Both the position numbers and the translations under genes were made by a program. From Candidatus Heimdallarchaeota archaeon (GTDB lineage Archaea > Asgardarchaeota > Heimdallarchaeia > Heimdallarchaeales > Heimdallarchaeaceae), in contig JAUVXV010000009.1 of the NCBI GenBank assembly GCA_030603365.1, positions 64,001 through 128,000 of the forward strand: a stretch of DNA of 64,000 bases. The letters run 5' to 3'. The notes under the pieces were generated by a model. It had not been told where the DNA came from, did not search any database, and worked only from the letters and a program-made list of their open reading frames with translations. Of this stretch, positions 30,766 through 40,669 are shown piece by piece. Within the stretch, counting starts at the first letter, position 1, and the number at the start of each line of letters is the position of its first letter.

Positions 30766-31545
30766 TTGGCGCAACTCTTAGGGATTTGCAGTGAAGATGA
30801 AATAGAAATAGATTTTGAGTTTAAAGGTTCAGCAGGATATGGCGACAAAAATCCTGATGGTTGGGGATATGCCTACTCCAAAAAAGATTATTGGGTAATT
30901 GATAAAGAACCTTTTGAGGAAAATCAATTTGACAAAAAGGAATTTTCATTACGCTTTCCTGCAAATTTTTTCAGTAATTTACTCATTTCTCATATTCGAT
31001 TTGCTTCAAAAGGAAGAAAGACTCTAGAAAATACTCACCCTTTTACTCAAGAGTTATTTGATAAAAAATGGATTTTTGCTCATTCAGGTCATCTCCGAAT
31101 GTACAGACATGTTCTAGAAAGTTCAGACTATCTCACTCCAAAAGGAGAAACAGATTCAGAAGAAGCATTCTGCTCGATTCTTGGAGAAGTAAAATCTTTG
31201 GGTCGTTTAGCTGCAGATAAAGAAATTGCTAAACGTGTTGAGAGAACCGCTGTTGAATTAACTAACCAAGGTGGATTAAATTTCCTTCTTTCCGATAGAG
31301 ACAAGATGTTTGCGTATTATTCTGGATATAAATCACTTTATTTTGCAGAACTTCGTCCCCCCCATGAGATTAATATTGTGGGAGAGAATAATCAGCTCTG
31401 GTTTACCCTTTTTGTAAAAGACCAAGATGTCCAAATTAGCATTGTTGCTTCTGAACCTGTAATTCCTGATATTCATTGGAAGGAACTTGATGTTAAAACT
31501 CTTTACACTTTTAAAAGTGGCAAAAGGTACAAATTTGTAATGTAG
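30766..31545 (+). CDS. Class II glutamine amidotransferase (YafJ/EgtC-like), catalytic residues substituted
   Basis: NPDGWG, SHIRFAS, ENTHPF, GETDSE, LNFLLSD, VASEP; MAQLLG instead of MCxLLG, HSG instead of HNG. Confidence 0.85.
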   Translation: MAQLLGICSEDEIEIDFEFKGSAGYGDKNPDGWGYAYSKKDYWVIDKEPFEENQFDKKEFSLRFPANFFSNLLISHIRFASKGRKTLENTHPFTQELFDKKWIFAHSGHLRMYRHVLESSDYLTPKGETDSEEAFCSILGEVKSLGRLAADKEIAKRVERTAVELTNQGGLNFLLSDRDKMFAYYSGYKSLYFAELRPPHEINIVGENNQLWFTLFVKDQDVQISIVASEPVIPDIHWKELDVKTLYTFKSGKRYKFVM

Positions 31546-31590
31546 GTTATTACTTATTCTTATTCAAACTCAAGTAATTTCTAAAATCCT

Positions 31591-32460
31591 TCATTGCATC
31601 AAGAGTTGCATTGCATCTAGATGCTTTCTTAATTCAGTTATCAAATTTGGAGAATGAGTATTTTTGTTGGTTTGCATATCTAAGTATGTTGAATTCTTAA
31701 TTAAACTAACAATCTTTCTTGTTTCCTCGATATTGTGCATTTTGTCAAGTTCTGCCCCAAATATGATGGTGTTTTGTTCGATTTGCTCATATAGATCGTA
31801 ATGCTCTCTCATTGAATGCTTTGCAACATTTTTCCATTTTTTCGCATTAGCTTCTTCTAGCAATCTAAGATATCTCTTAGCATGTTCTTCACTTTCAGAT
31901 TTCTTAGTTATCAACCAGGAACGGAGAAGTGGTTTGATTATAGTCAGTACAAAAGGAGGTGTGAATGGAATCATGTATCTAGTACCTTTAGGTAGAGCAA
32001 TTTTAGATGTTGCTCCTACAAATGCAACAAGAAGAGGATCGAATTTCTTTTTAGCTAATGCGTCAGCAAGAATCATTGCTCCCCATGATGAAGCCAACGG
32101 GATAAGTTTTTGTTCATCTATATTGAGTTGATTGATTACATCTATGATATCTTCAGATACCCTATCCAGAGTGTTTTTTGTTTTCTTATTCAACACACTT
32201 GAGTCTTTTTCTCTTGATTCAAAATACACTATATCAAAGAAATTCATTGCTTCTAGTAGCACGTCATCCCAAGAAGGAACTATAGTTGCCCATCCAGGTA
32301 TAACGAATAAAGTATAACCATTTCTTGTTTTTTCTGGTGCGATTGTATGATAAATGCGAACTATTGTATCATCACTCACAGTAAGGAATTTTTCTTCAGC
32401 CAACTCTTCATACTTCGCAACTAGTGGTTCGAATTTGAATTTCTTTGTTATCTTTACCAT
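31591..32460 (-). CDS. Alpha/beta hydrolase
   Basis: IPGW oxyanion region, ASSWG elbow, DKMH; ATG 32460 avoids overlap with DegV. Confidence 0.75.
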   Translation of the reverse strand: MVKITKKFKFEPLVAKYEELAEEKFLTVSDDTIVRIYHTIAPEKTRNGYTLFVIPGWATIVPSWDDVLLEAMNFFDIVYFESREKDSSVLNKKTKNTLDRVSEDIIDVINQLNIDEQKLIPLASSWGAMILADALAKKKFDPLLVAFVGATSKIALPKGTRYMIPFTPPFVLTIIKPLLRSWLITKKSESEEHAKRYLRLLEEANAKKWKNVAKHSMREHYDLYEQIEQNTIIFGAELDKMHNIEETRKIVSLIKNSTYLDMQTNKNTHSPNLITELRKHLDAMQLLMQ

Positions 32461-32551
32461 TATTTTTGGAATTTCAAGGTTATTTAAATACCTAATTAAG
32501 TGACTACAATCAGACCAATTCTTTTTATACAAGTTGAAATCTGACAAAAAC

Positions 32552-33418
32552 ATGAAGATTAAGTTAGTAACAGATGCATCATCTCTGGTTCCTTTAGAAT
32601 TCCTACAAAAGGAAAAAATAGGTTTTTTGGAATCAGTTCTTCTTATTGATGAGAAAGAATACAGAGAATTAACTGAATTAGATTTTGAAAAATTTGTTAA
32701 AAGTCTCCATGACTTAGATCCATATCCTACAACTAGTCAAGTTAAGCCAGAAGATGCTGTAAACGTCTTTAAACAGGCTATAGATGACGGTTATGATGAA
32801 ATCCTCTACCTTGGTTTAACTCCTAAGGTTTCAAGTCAAATGAATGTAGCTAGGCTTGCTGCAAAAACTCTGAAGAAGAAAATCAACATTCACATTTATC
32901 CAACTGAAGTGACATGTGGCTCTCAAGGAGCTATGACCTATATTGCTTGGAAACTTCTAAAACAAGGAAAAACTTCAGAAGAAATTATGGCATATCTAGA
33001 TGATCTTAAACAAAAAATCTATACCATTGGTGTCACAGTAGATATCGAAACTCTCTTCAAAACAGGTAAAGTGAAAAGAGGTTCAGCTAAAGGGATTCTG
33101 GTCTCTTTACTAAAAATGAAACCAATTGCTCATATTACTTTAGAAGATGGTTTTATTGGATATGGTGCAAGTTTAAGTTATAAGAGTGCTTTGAAGACAA
33201 TGATTGCTGAAATCGAAAAAAGAACAGATCCAGACCAAGAATATGATCTTTATATGGCTGATGCTCTGAATAAAGAATTTGCAGAAGTATATGCTGACGA
33301 GATTAAGAAAGTCAGAAAAATAAAAGATGTTCACTACTGGTCCATGTCTCCTGTTATGGCTTTATCTGCAGGACAAGATGCAGTTACAGCTACAATTGCA
33401 CCAGTTGTTAAGGAATAG
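32552..33418 (+). CDS. DegV family fatty-acid-binding protein
   Basis: IKLVTDAS, PTTSQ, LFKTGKV, LLKMKPI, MSPVM. Confidence 0.9.
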   Translation: MKIKLVTDASSLVPLEFLQKEKIGFLESVLLIDEKEYRELTELDFEKFVKSLHDLDPYPTTSQVKPEDAVNVFKQAIDDGYDEILYLGLTPKVSSQMNVARLAAKTLKKKINIHIYPTEVTCGSQGAMTYIAWKLLKQGKTSEEIMAYLDDLKQKIYTIGVTVDIETLFKTGKVKRGSAKGILVSLLKMKPIAHITLEDGFIGYGASLSYKSALKTMIAEIEKRTDPDQEYDLYMADALNKEFAEVYADEIKKVRKIKDVHYWSMSPVMALSAGQDAVTATIAPVVKE

Positions 33419-33419
33419 A

Positions 33420-34997
33420 TTAAGTTTCTTTTGATTTTTTTAACTCTTTTTTCTCTTTTTCCTTTGGAGGTTCAGGTAGGTTTTTTATTTCTGATAACAT
33501 TTTCTCCGTTTCAACTTTATTGTAAAAAGACTTGGACAGTTTGATTTTTCTTAAAGTTGCTTTAATCTCTTCAATCGACTTTCTTTTATATTCTCCCCAA
33601 TCCTCAGAGAAAATACCTTGTTTTTTAGCAATATCGACCTCAAAGTTCTCTAGAATCTGTTTAGTATTGGTTATAGATATCTTGTTAATTATATATACAC
33701 AATTATCAACTATTTTCCAGATGTGTATTCGTATCTTCTCTCCAAGAGTATCTTTATCTACATTTTTGACTAGTGTGTTTGTCAAATCGACTAATGTTTG
33801 TTTTAATGAATTTATACTCTCATCATCTATAGTATCCGGAATATTGGTGGCAATCAGATTAGTTTCAGAGAGAGTTCGAGTCAGTTGTCCCTCTAGAAGT
33901 GTTGTACTTTTTGCAAACTTCCTGACCTCAAATCGCTTCACCAGACTACTTAGTGCTCGAGTTGATTTACTGACATTAATTTCTGTTTCTTTATGAAAAT
34001 ATGTTAAAATCTTCTTGTTTATTGAAACACTCTCTTTTACAAACTTGTCTGAATATTTTTGATTAGTGAGTTCAGTAAGAGCATTCTCAACTAAATCTAG
34101 TATTCCAACTTCAGAAATTTCTAGTTTCAAAAGAAAATAAGCTAGTTCTATTTGTGAGTAATAAGGAACTTCATCTATTTCTTTCTTAAGAAATTCCTCA
34201 ACTTCCTTTTTAGTTTCTTCATCGATCTGATTTAAAGAACCACAAGTGTCGAGTAAATGCATGAATCTAAGCAAGTTCGTTAGACTTAATTCTTCTGATA
34301 CCTTTTTGTTATTCAGGATTTCAAGAATAATATCTCCTATGATTTTATTGCATGAGAGATTATCTGAACCTATAATTGACCATAAATCCGACAGCATTGC
34401 TAGCTTGTTAATCTGTTCTTCATCTTCCTCAAAATGCTTTAAAAACCGTTCTACTAACAAATTTTCATGAGCGTAGGCTTGTCGAAAGGGTTCATATTTG
34501 TTCAATGTTTGAGTAAATTTTGGAGAATAATGATCATCCTTGACATAATCATCGATTTGTTCTTTCGATTTTTCGTCACCAGTAAGGTATTTTTCAAATA
34601 GTTTCTCACTCAATTTAATAGGTACTTCGGAACCGGTTATCTGTGCTTCATAAAGGATGCTAGTTGTGAGTTTAATGATTAGTCCTTCAATTTTATCCAT
34701 TTTATCTATAATGATATCGTGATCATTGGATAGTTTTTGAACTCCTTTTAAAATCATGATGTCGATTTCTTTATCTTGAATACCATATCCTTCAAGCTCT
34801 TCTTTGAGTATGTCTCTGAAATCTTCTAGATTATCTGCTGTGACTAATTCTTTTTCAATATCCTTATTGTGCTTTTTCTTGAATTTAGATTTAATTCTCT
34901 TATACAAGAAATCAGCTGCTGCTTGCCCTCCTAATCTTTTTACAGCTTCTAAAAGTATTGCTAAAATAAACGATCCACAAGTGACAGCGATAAACAT
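33420..34997 (-). CDS. Hypothetical helical protein
   Basis: 525-aa uninterrupted ORF, K/E/L-rich, no recognised motif. Confidence 0.7.
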   Translation of the reverse strand: MFIAVTCGSFILAILLEAVKRLGGQAAADFLYKRIKSKFKKKHNKDIEKELVTADNLEDFRDILKEELEGYGIQDKEIDIMILKGVQKLSNDHDIIIDKMDKIEGLIIKLTTSILYEAQITGSEVPIKLSEKLFEKYLTGDEKSKEQIDDYVKDDHYSPKFTQTLNKYEPFRQAYAHENLLVERFLKHFEEDEEQINKLAMLSDLWSIIGSDNLSCNKIIGDIILEILNNKKVSEELSLTNLLRFMHLLDTCGSLNQIDEETKKEVEEFLKKEIDEVPYYSQIELAYFLLKLEISEVGILDLVENALTELTNQKYSDKFVKESVSINKKILTYFHKETEINVSKSTRALSSLVKRFEVRKFAKSTTLLEGQLTRTLSETNLIATNIPDTIDDESINSLKQTLVDLTNTLVKNVDKDTLGEKIRIHIWKIVDNCVYIINKISITNTKQILENFEVDIAKKQGIFSEDWGEYKRKSIEEIKATLRKIKLSKSFYNKVETEKMLSEIKNLPEPPKEKEKKELKKSKET

Positions 34998-35082
34998 GAG
35001 TTTCAGTATTATTACTGGTTTTCTAATATTTATCCTTGTTTAAAGTGTTAAAAGAAAAAAGAAAAAAAAGATAAATGAAAAA

Positions 35083-36153
35083 TTATTGTCCATTCATTAA
35101 TTTCTCAAAATCACTTTCTTTTTGATCAAAACCTTTGAGTTCTAAATCTACTACCTTTTTTATCTCTTGTAACATTCCAATTACGCTTAATATAGATAGT
35201 ACAATTATTATCGCTAATATTGTTCTTCCAACATTTGATGCTGGAAACCTGCTATCTAAAACATTGAAGATTAGATGTGGGTTAAAGTGCAATTGTAGAA
35301 ACAATGCAAGATTTAGACACATGGGTATAATCCCTAAAGTTAGGAAAACCTGTTGTAATCTTAGATTTTTGCCAATCAATGCTTGGGAGAATCTGATGAC
35401 ACCAGAGATTAACATAATTCCACCAACAAGTTTCAACCATCCTGGAAGAGCAGGCATCCATGCTTCAAAGTACGCTCTATTGATGTCAATGAAAGGATAG
35501 AAAACTAGTACTCCTCCTGCAACTAATCCCATAATTCCTTCGAACAGATAGCTACCAGAAGTTGGTATAACTGATTTGGTTTTTCTTGGTTTCTTAATTT
35601 TCTTTATCTTTTTATCCATCTTTTCCTGTTCCTTCGCAAGACGTTTGAAATCTTCAGGTAAGAACCCATGATAGGATAATTGAACAAACATGATTGTTAT
35701 ACCTGCAAAGGCAAATGCGAAACCTGCAAATGTTCCTTCAAATGCTTCCCCCACAGTACCTCCAATATCGGCTCCTGGTTGAGCTAATTTAATACTCATT
35801 GTAAGTACATTTATGAATAGAATTACAACGGCTGCAAAAATCAACCCTTTGTAATATCCTGGCCATAATTCTTCGGTTATGAAGAACTTTGGAGTTCCCC
35901 TTGTTCTGAATTCTTTAGCGATTTTCCTTGGACTTCCCATGGCAATAATAGCTTCTCTAACATGCATAATCTCAGGATCTTTTCCTTGAGAGTATTCTGT
36001 AGCTTTATCCCAGATATGATCTTCAAGTTCATTTAGAAAATCAATTAGCTCTGTTACTCGAGTCTTTAACCAAAAAGGTAATTTCTTCTTTACCTCATCT
36101 TTAAATGCTTCAATCAGTATTTTTGATTCATTTTCATTACTCATATATTTCAC
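35083..36153 (-). CDS. PadR-associated membrane protein (HAAS-like N-terminus, about 6 TM)
   Basis: ELEDHI...AIIAMGSPRKIAKEF pattern; 1 bp from padR. Confidence 0.75.
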   Translation of the reverse strand: MKYMSNENESKILIEAFKDEVKKKLPFWLKTRVTELIDFLNELEDHIWDKATEYSQGKDPEIMHVREAIIAMGSPRKIAKEFRTRGTPKFFITEELWPGYYKGLIFAAVVILFINVLTMSIKLAQPGADIGGTVGEAFEGTFAGFAFAFAGITIMFVQLSYHGFLPEDFKRLAKEQEKMDKKIKKIKKPRKTKSVIPTSGSYLFEGIMGLVAGGVLVFYPFIDINRAYFEAWMPALPGWLKLVGGIMLISGVIRFSQALIGKNLRLQQVFLTLGIIPMCLNLALFLQLHFNPHLIFNVLDSRFPASNVGRTILAIIIVLSILSVIGMLQEIKKVVDLELKGFDQKESDFEKLMNGQ

Positions 36154-36154
36154 C

Positions 36155-36676
36155 TTATTTTTCTAATCCTTCAATATTCAAACCACATATGTTGCAAAAT
36201 CGAATGCCTGCTATCTGAGGAATTTTGTTAGCACAATTTGGACAATATATATACTTCTTATCTGGAAGTTTAATGTCAATCTCCATCAAAGGACCAATGG
36301 CTTCTAGCAATTTTGAAAAGAACCCTATCATGTGATAATATAACTTATTTCCTTCTTCTGTAAGTTCATAGTACTTACGAGGACGACCACTTGATTCCTT
36401 TCTTTCAGAAACAAGTAACCCATCTCTCTCTAATTTGCGAAGAATAGGGTAGAGTGTTCCTTCTTCAATAACTAGAGTTTTCTGAGTTTCTTGCTCAAGT
36501 TCTTTAAGTAATTGGTAACCATAAACTCCTTCTTCTGGATGTCGTTGAATTATTGCCAATGCTGATAGTGTAGATATTCCTCTGAGTAGTTCTGATTCAA
36601 AACTTTCAACATATGATCGAATTTTTTCCGATTCAATCAGAGCTTCGGGTCGATATGTTTTAATATTTCTGAACAT
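36155..36676 (-). CDS. PadR family regulator with C-terminal zinc ribbon
   Basis: YGYQL, EGTLYPILRKLE, RPRKYYELTEEG; CPNC...CNIC. Confidence 0.93.
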   Translation of the reverse strand: MFRNIKTYRPEALIESEKIRSYVESFESELLRGISTLSALAIIQRHPEEGVYGYQLLKELEQETQKTLVIEEGTLYPILRKLERDGLLVSERKESSGRPRKYYELTEEGNKLYYHMIGFFSKLLEAIGPLMEIDIKLPDKKYIYCPNCANKIPQIAGIRFCNICGLNIEGLEK

Positions 36677-36725
36677 TTTTACACCTTTTTGTTTCTTTTG
36701 TAGTATTCGTGGCTTACTAATCCAA

Positions 36726-36750
36726 ACATACTATAACACATATAGTATGT
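36726..36750. promoter_or_regulatory. Perfect 10-bp inverted repeat, probable PadR operator
   Basis: ACATACTATA-acaca-TATAGTATGT, between a minus-strand TTTATATA box (36762-36755) and the padR start. Confidence 0.7.
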
Positions 36751-36791
36751 GCCGTATATAAATATTTCTAAATGAAAGTTTCAACAGTAGA

Positions 36792-37697
36792 GTGAAGAAA
36801 ATGAGCAAGGATAGCACAAAAGAAGAATATCTTGCATTAGTTGAACAAGGTGACAAATATTTCACAAATCAGCAGTACGTTGAAGCTATAGAGTTTTTTC
36901 GAAAAGCGAAAAATCTTGACCCATCTGAAGTAGAAGCTTATCGAGCTTTAGCTGATACATATTTAGAAATAGAAAATTTATCGGAAGCAATGGCCAATTG
37001 TAAAACTGCTCTAGACATCAATCCTCAAGATGATGAAACATTGCTTATTATGGGGAATGTATTTTATGAAAAGGGAGAGATTGAAGAATCTCTAAATTAC
37101 TATCAAAAATCTCTGGAAATAAAAGGGGAGAATGTTGATGCTCTATTCAATATTGGTATGATATACTTAAAACAAAAAGAACTCGAAAAGGCTTTAACCA
37201 CTTTCAAAAAAGGTGAATCTATAGCTCCAACAGATTTGGGAATACTGGGTATGATTACAGACATACTTGAGGATCTTGAAAAAATACCAGAAGCAATAGA
37301 TTACTATTACAGAATTGTAAAACTCCTACCTGATGCTTTTTCTATTTGGATTAGATTAGCTGAACTTCATTATGATAGAAAGGAATACATAGAATCCAAA
37401 AAATGCCAAAAAGAAATCCTTCGAATTGACCCATTAGATTATCTCAGTTGGTGTAATCTGGGAGTGGTTCAGTTGGAATTAGGAGAGGTTGATAAAGCAA
37501 TTGAAAGTATTAATAAATCAATAGAGATTTTTCCTGACTTATCAAATTCATGGCATAGTCTCGGAGAATCTTTTGAACGCAAAGGTGCATTAGCCGAAGC
37601 ATTAGAACATTATGAAAAGGCTGTTAATCTTAGCCCTAAGAATGAAACTCATGAAGAGGATTTTGACAGACTAAAGAGAAAACTTGAGGAGAAGTAG
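36792..37697 (+). CDS. Tetratricopeptide repeat protein
   Basis: About 8 tandem 34-aa repeats with G/A...Y..A...P pattern. Confidence 0.92.
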   Translation: MKKMSKDSTKEEYLALVEQGDKYFTNQQYVEAIEFFRKAKNLDPSEVEAYRALADTYLEIENLSEAMANCKTALDINPQDDETLLIMGNVFYEKGEIEESLNYYQKSLEIKGENVDALFNIGMIYLKQKELEKALTTFKKGESIAPTDLGILGMITDILEDLEKIPEAIDYYYRIVKLLPDAFSIWIRLAELHYDRKEYIESKKCQKEILRIDPLDYLSWCNLGVVQLELGEVDKAIESINKSIEIFPDLSNSWHSLGESFERKGALAEALEHYEKAVNLSPKNETHEEDFDRLKRKLEEK

Positions 37698-37703
37698 TTA
37701 GTT

Positions 37704-38348
37704 TTAAGGGTAGCACATCTCCCAAGTAGGATTAAAACTATGGATCATCTCCATCATCTCATTATAACCTTCAGTTGAAAAGAAAGGTTCAGGACAAGTT
37801 TGATCATTTTTATAACTTATATCAAAATGAATATGGGCACTAACTTGAACGTAGAGAAATCTGGCTATCTCCTGACCTAGTTCTACCCAATCTCCTTCTT
37901 GTACTTTTATCATAGCTAACTGTTTATCCTTATCCTCAACATTCTGTGTCCATGGTTCGAAATTATAACCCAAAGTTATACTTCTGTTGAAGCGGATATA
38001 AATACTAACATGGAACCTGTTTTCTACTCCTTCTCCATAATCTCTCCAACGTATTTCTTCAACCCGTCCTGGAGTTGCAGCAATAACTTTCGAATCATTC
38101 AGTAAGAAATAATCGAGTCCATTATGCTCAAATCCCCAAGGACATGCATCAGATTCACTGTACCCCTCATTGAACGCATAGTTATCTGAACGGTTGGTAT
38201 AGATAACATTCATGTAATCAAGTTCTTCTGATGGATAAAGTTCTCCAGGATCGAATGTAATTATATCCCAGAAGAAGTATAAAGTTGCTCCTCCCAGTCC
38301 AGCCAATAAAATTAGGATAATTATCAAAGCCATCCAGATTTTTTTCAT
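37704..38348 (-). CDS. Membrane-anchored M23 family metallopeptidase-like protein
   Basis: N-terminal TM; HNGLD (HxxxD), VIAATPGRV, VQEGDWVELGQEI, HIHF (HxH). Confidence 0.8.
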   Translation of the reverse strand: MKKIWMALIIILILLAGLGGATLYFFWDIITFDPGELYPSEELDYMNVIYTNRSDNYAFNEGYSESDACPWGFEHNGLDYFLLNDSKVIAATPGRVEEIRWRDYGEGVENRFHVSIYIRFNRSITLGYNFEPWTQNVEDKDKQLAMIKVQEGDWVELGQEIARFLYVQVSAHIHFDISYKNDQTCPEPFFSTEGYNEMMEMIHSFNPTWEMCYP

Positions 38349-38545
38349 ACCAGTATATTTCTCTTTGCACATATAATGTTTATTCAATACTGAAGAAAAA
38401 TAAACAGAAACCTCATAAAATTCTAGTGATTTTTGATGTGGTCAAATTCGCACAGATGTGCGTTTTAGCGCCCAGTGTTTGGGAAATGTGAAGCTTTTTA
38501 ACACTGATAGATTTGGTGTTAACAACTCCTAAAATGGTGAACATT

Positions 38546-39097
38546 ATGGGTTTAGATTTTTTTAAAGAAAGTTGGAAAAATAAAGATATAGCCATTTGGC
38601 TAGTTCTCATCCGATTGATTATAGGAATAGAATGGTTCATAGCTGGATTACAGAAGATAATAGGTGGTACTTTTGTTTCAGATATGCCTAATACTCTATG
38701 GTATTTTATTAATGGACCTGACCCGGTAAATTTAGGTACAAATCCTAATATTTGGTATGTTAATCTAATAAACAATGCTTTCACACCAAATGCAGAACTT
38801 TTTGGTTATTTAGTAATGATTGGAGAATTTGCATTAGGAATAGCACTGATTTTTGGTATATTCGTAAACTTTAGCGCCATTGTAAGTATATTCATGAATA
38901 TCAATTTTATATTCGCTGCAGGTTGGTTAGGCGCTTCAACTATGTCAGTAAATTGGATAATGGCTGTAATTGGTCTTATCCTCATCTTAAGTCCTGGAGT
39001 AAAGACTCTCAGTGTGGATAAGTTTGTTGCGAATAAAGTTCCTGTACTAAGAAGATTCCTCATAGATTGGTTTGGTTTTGAGAAATTAGTTGAATAA
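38546..39097 (+). CDS. DoxX / TQO small subunit DoxD family membrane protein
   Basis: RLIIGIEWFIAGLQK, GEFALGIALIFG, SVD; GGTGA RBS before ATG 38546. Confidence 0.85.
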   Translation: MGLDFFKESWKNKDIAIWLVLIRLIIGIEWFIAGLQKIIGGTFVSDMPNTLWYFINGPDPVNLGTNPNIWYVNLINNAFTPNAELFGYLVMIGEFALGIALIFGIFVNFSAIVSIFMNINFIFAAGWLGASTMSVNWIMAVIGLILILSPGVKTLSVDKFVANKVPVLRRFLIDWFGFEKLVE

Positions 39098-39152
39098 TCC
39101 TTCGTAGGTTTATCCTACATTTTTTTTGTTAAAAGAAAAATAGAAGAAGAGT

Positions 39153-40040
39153 TTAGATCTCTTTCTCATACATAGATGATGAGCTTATTTTAGCAAATCC
39201 CATTTTTTCATATTCATCTAATTTTGCAACCATTCCTCCAAACAATAAAGCCCTTAATTCATCTATTTCCTGTTCTTTGCACAAATCGACGATTTTAGCA
39301 ATTAATTGAAGTCTATATTTTTCTTCGGTAGCATGGATATAACCCACATAAACTTCCGGAAGATCTGCAGTTTTTGCAGCATATGTTCTAGCTACGATTT
39401 TTTCATCATCTCTAATAACATAATGTCCTAGAATTCCTTCAGATTTTTCAATTACATCGAAATTTTGTCTTGCCTGTTCCTCAGTCATGCCTAGTTCTTT
39501 AATGAATATTCCAACTAACTCATCTAAATCTCTCTCTTTATCGTAAGATAAAACAGCTGTTGTATCCTCTTTAATCTCCAAGGATTTTACATTCTGACCA
39601 ACAATATAGGCTGTATCACGAATGTGCTTAAACTGCAATCTTTCTGCTATTTCTTGATATTCTCCCCATGTATCATTTGCATAAGTTCGAAGAATATTTG
39701 CTCCTTTAGCTTTAAGAGTCTCTACTGCTTTAGTAATAAGTAAATCTTTTGCTTCATCATGTCCTTCCAGAACCATAGGAGGACTTAGATTTCCAATTGT
39801 TTTGTCTTCCACTTTCTCAGGAAGTATACTAGTTGTTAGAAAACCAACCATTTCCTCTCCCTTAAAACAATACAATCTGGTTTCAGGATCGAATTCAGGT
39901 TGAGAGTAGACTTCTTTCAATCTTTCAGCATTTGTTTGACCAAAAAGTTGCCAACCTTTGCATACTTCAGTTCCTATCTTAACTTGGTTCTCAATAAAAC
40001 CTTCTTGATAGTGTTTTAGTTCGTAATCTGTCATAATCAA
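39153..40040 (-). CDS. Hypothetical protein, probable tandem GNAT fold
   Basis: Two repeats ending RLQF / YEKMGF; MVGFL and IVAR strands. Confidence 0.6.
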   Translation of the reverse strand: MIMTDYELKHYQEGFIENQVKIGTEVCKGWQLFGQTNAERLKEVYSQPEFDPETRLYCFKGEEMVGFLTTSILPEKVEDKTIGNLSPPMVLEGHDEAKDLLITKAVETLKAKGANILRTYANDTWGEYQEIAERLQFKHIRDTAYIVGQNVKSLEIKEDTTAVLSYDKERDLDELVGIFIKELGMTEEQARQNFDVIEKSEGILGHYVIRDDEKIVARTYAAKTADLPEVYVGYIHATEEKYRLQLIAKIVDLCKEQEIDELRALLFGGMVAKLDEYEKMGFAKISSSSMYEKEI

Positions 40041-40156
40041 AGATTTGGTTGGACAATTAATAAACCTTATCTGTTACACGATTCTTCCTTCTTTTCTACA
40101 CTAAATAGTGCAAAGAATTAAATATCTCAAAATTTGCCTTTATTTGTATCATCTAG

Positions 40157-40624
40157 GTGGGTTTGATGAATAAAAAAGATGAATTCTTTAAAAATCAAAT
40201 TGAATTGGAAAATGAAATAGTCGCTACAGCTGAAAAGTCTGTTTCCGAAATCAAGAATCTTCTAGTAAAAGAAATGATATTATCTATAGCTCTTGATTCA
40301 AAGAAACATGCCAACATGCTCAGTGCTCTTTTAGCTATTCAATCTTCCACACAGCCATTTATAGCGGAAAAAATATCTAAAGAGTTAAACGAAAATATAA
40401 TTAAGCATATTAAGCTTGAGCAAAAAGCAATTGAGACTTACAAACAGCTTCTAGAGGAAGTAGATAATGAACAAGAGAAGATGATAATCCAGGCAATTTA
40501 TCATGATGAATTAAGACATCACGCACTTCTGAAGAAGATTTACACAACTATTATTGATAAAGAGACATTTGATGAAGGGGAAGTATGGGAATTTATTAAA
40601 GATGATTTTATCCCTCAATACTAA
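40157..40624 (+). CDS. Ferritin-like (rubrerythrin-type) four-helix protein
   Basis: Duplicated E...DSKKH and E...DELRHH di-iron motifs. Confidence 0.85.
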   Translation: MGLMNKKDEFFKNQIELENEIVATAEKSVSEIKNLLVKEMILSIALDSKKHANMLSALLAIQSSTQPFIAEKISKELNENIIKHIKLEQKAIETYKQLLEEVDNEQEKMIIQAIYHDELRHHALLKKIYTTIIDKETFDEGEVWEFIKDDFIPQY

Positions 40625-40669
40625 TCCTCTATTCTACTAACTTTTATTAATGGTTTTACAAAGTAATCA

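Noticed and set aside
32461-32553. Apparent overlap of hydrolase and DegV starts
   Set aside because: Resolved by ATG 32460 and ATG 32552
38437-38505. CGCACAgaTGTGCG palindrome and TGTG repeats upstream of doxX
   Set aside because: Only 6-bp arms and no cognate regulator nearby; insufficient support
38413-38784. 123-aa ORF antisense to the DoxX gene, and the many other short nested/antisense ORFs in the track
   Set aside because: Shadow frames of well-supported genes; no motifs or RBS
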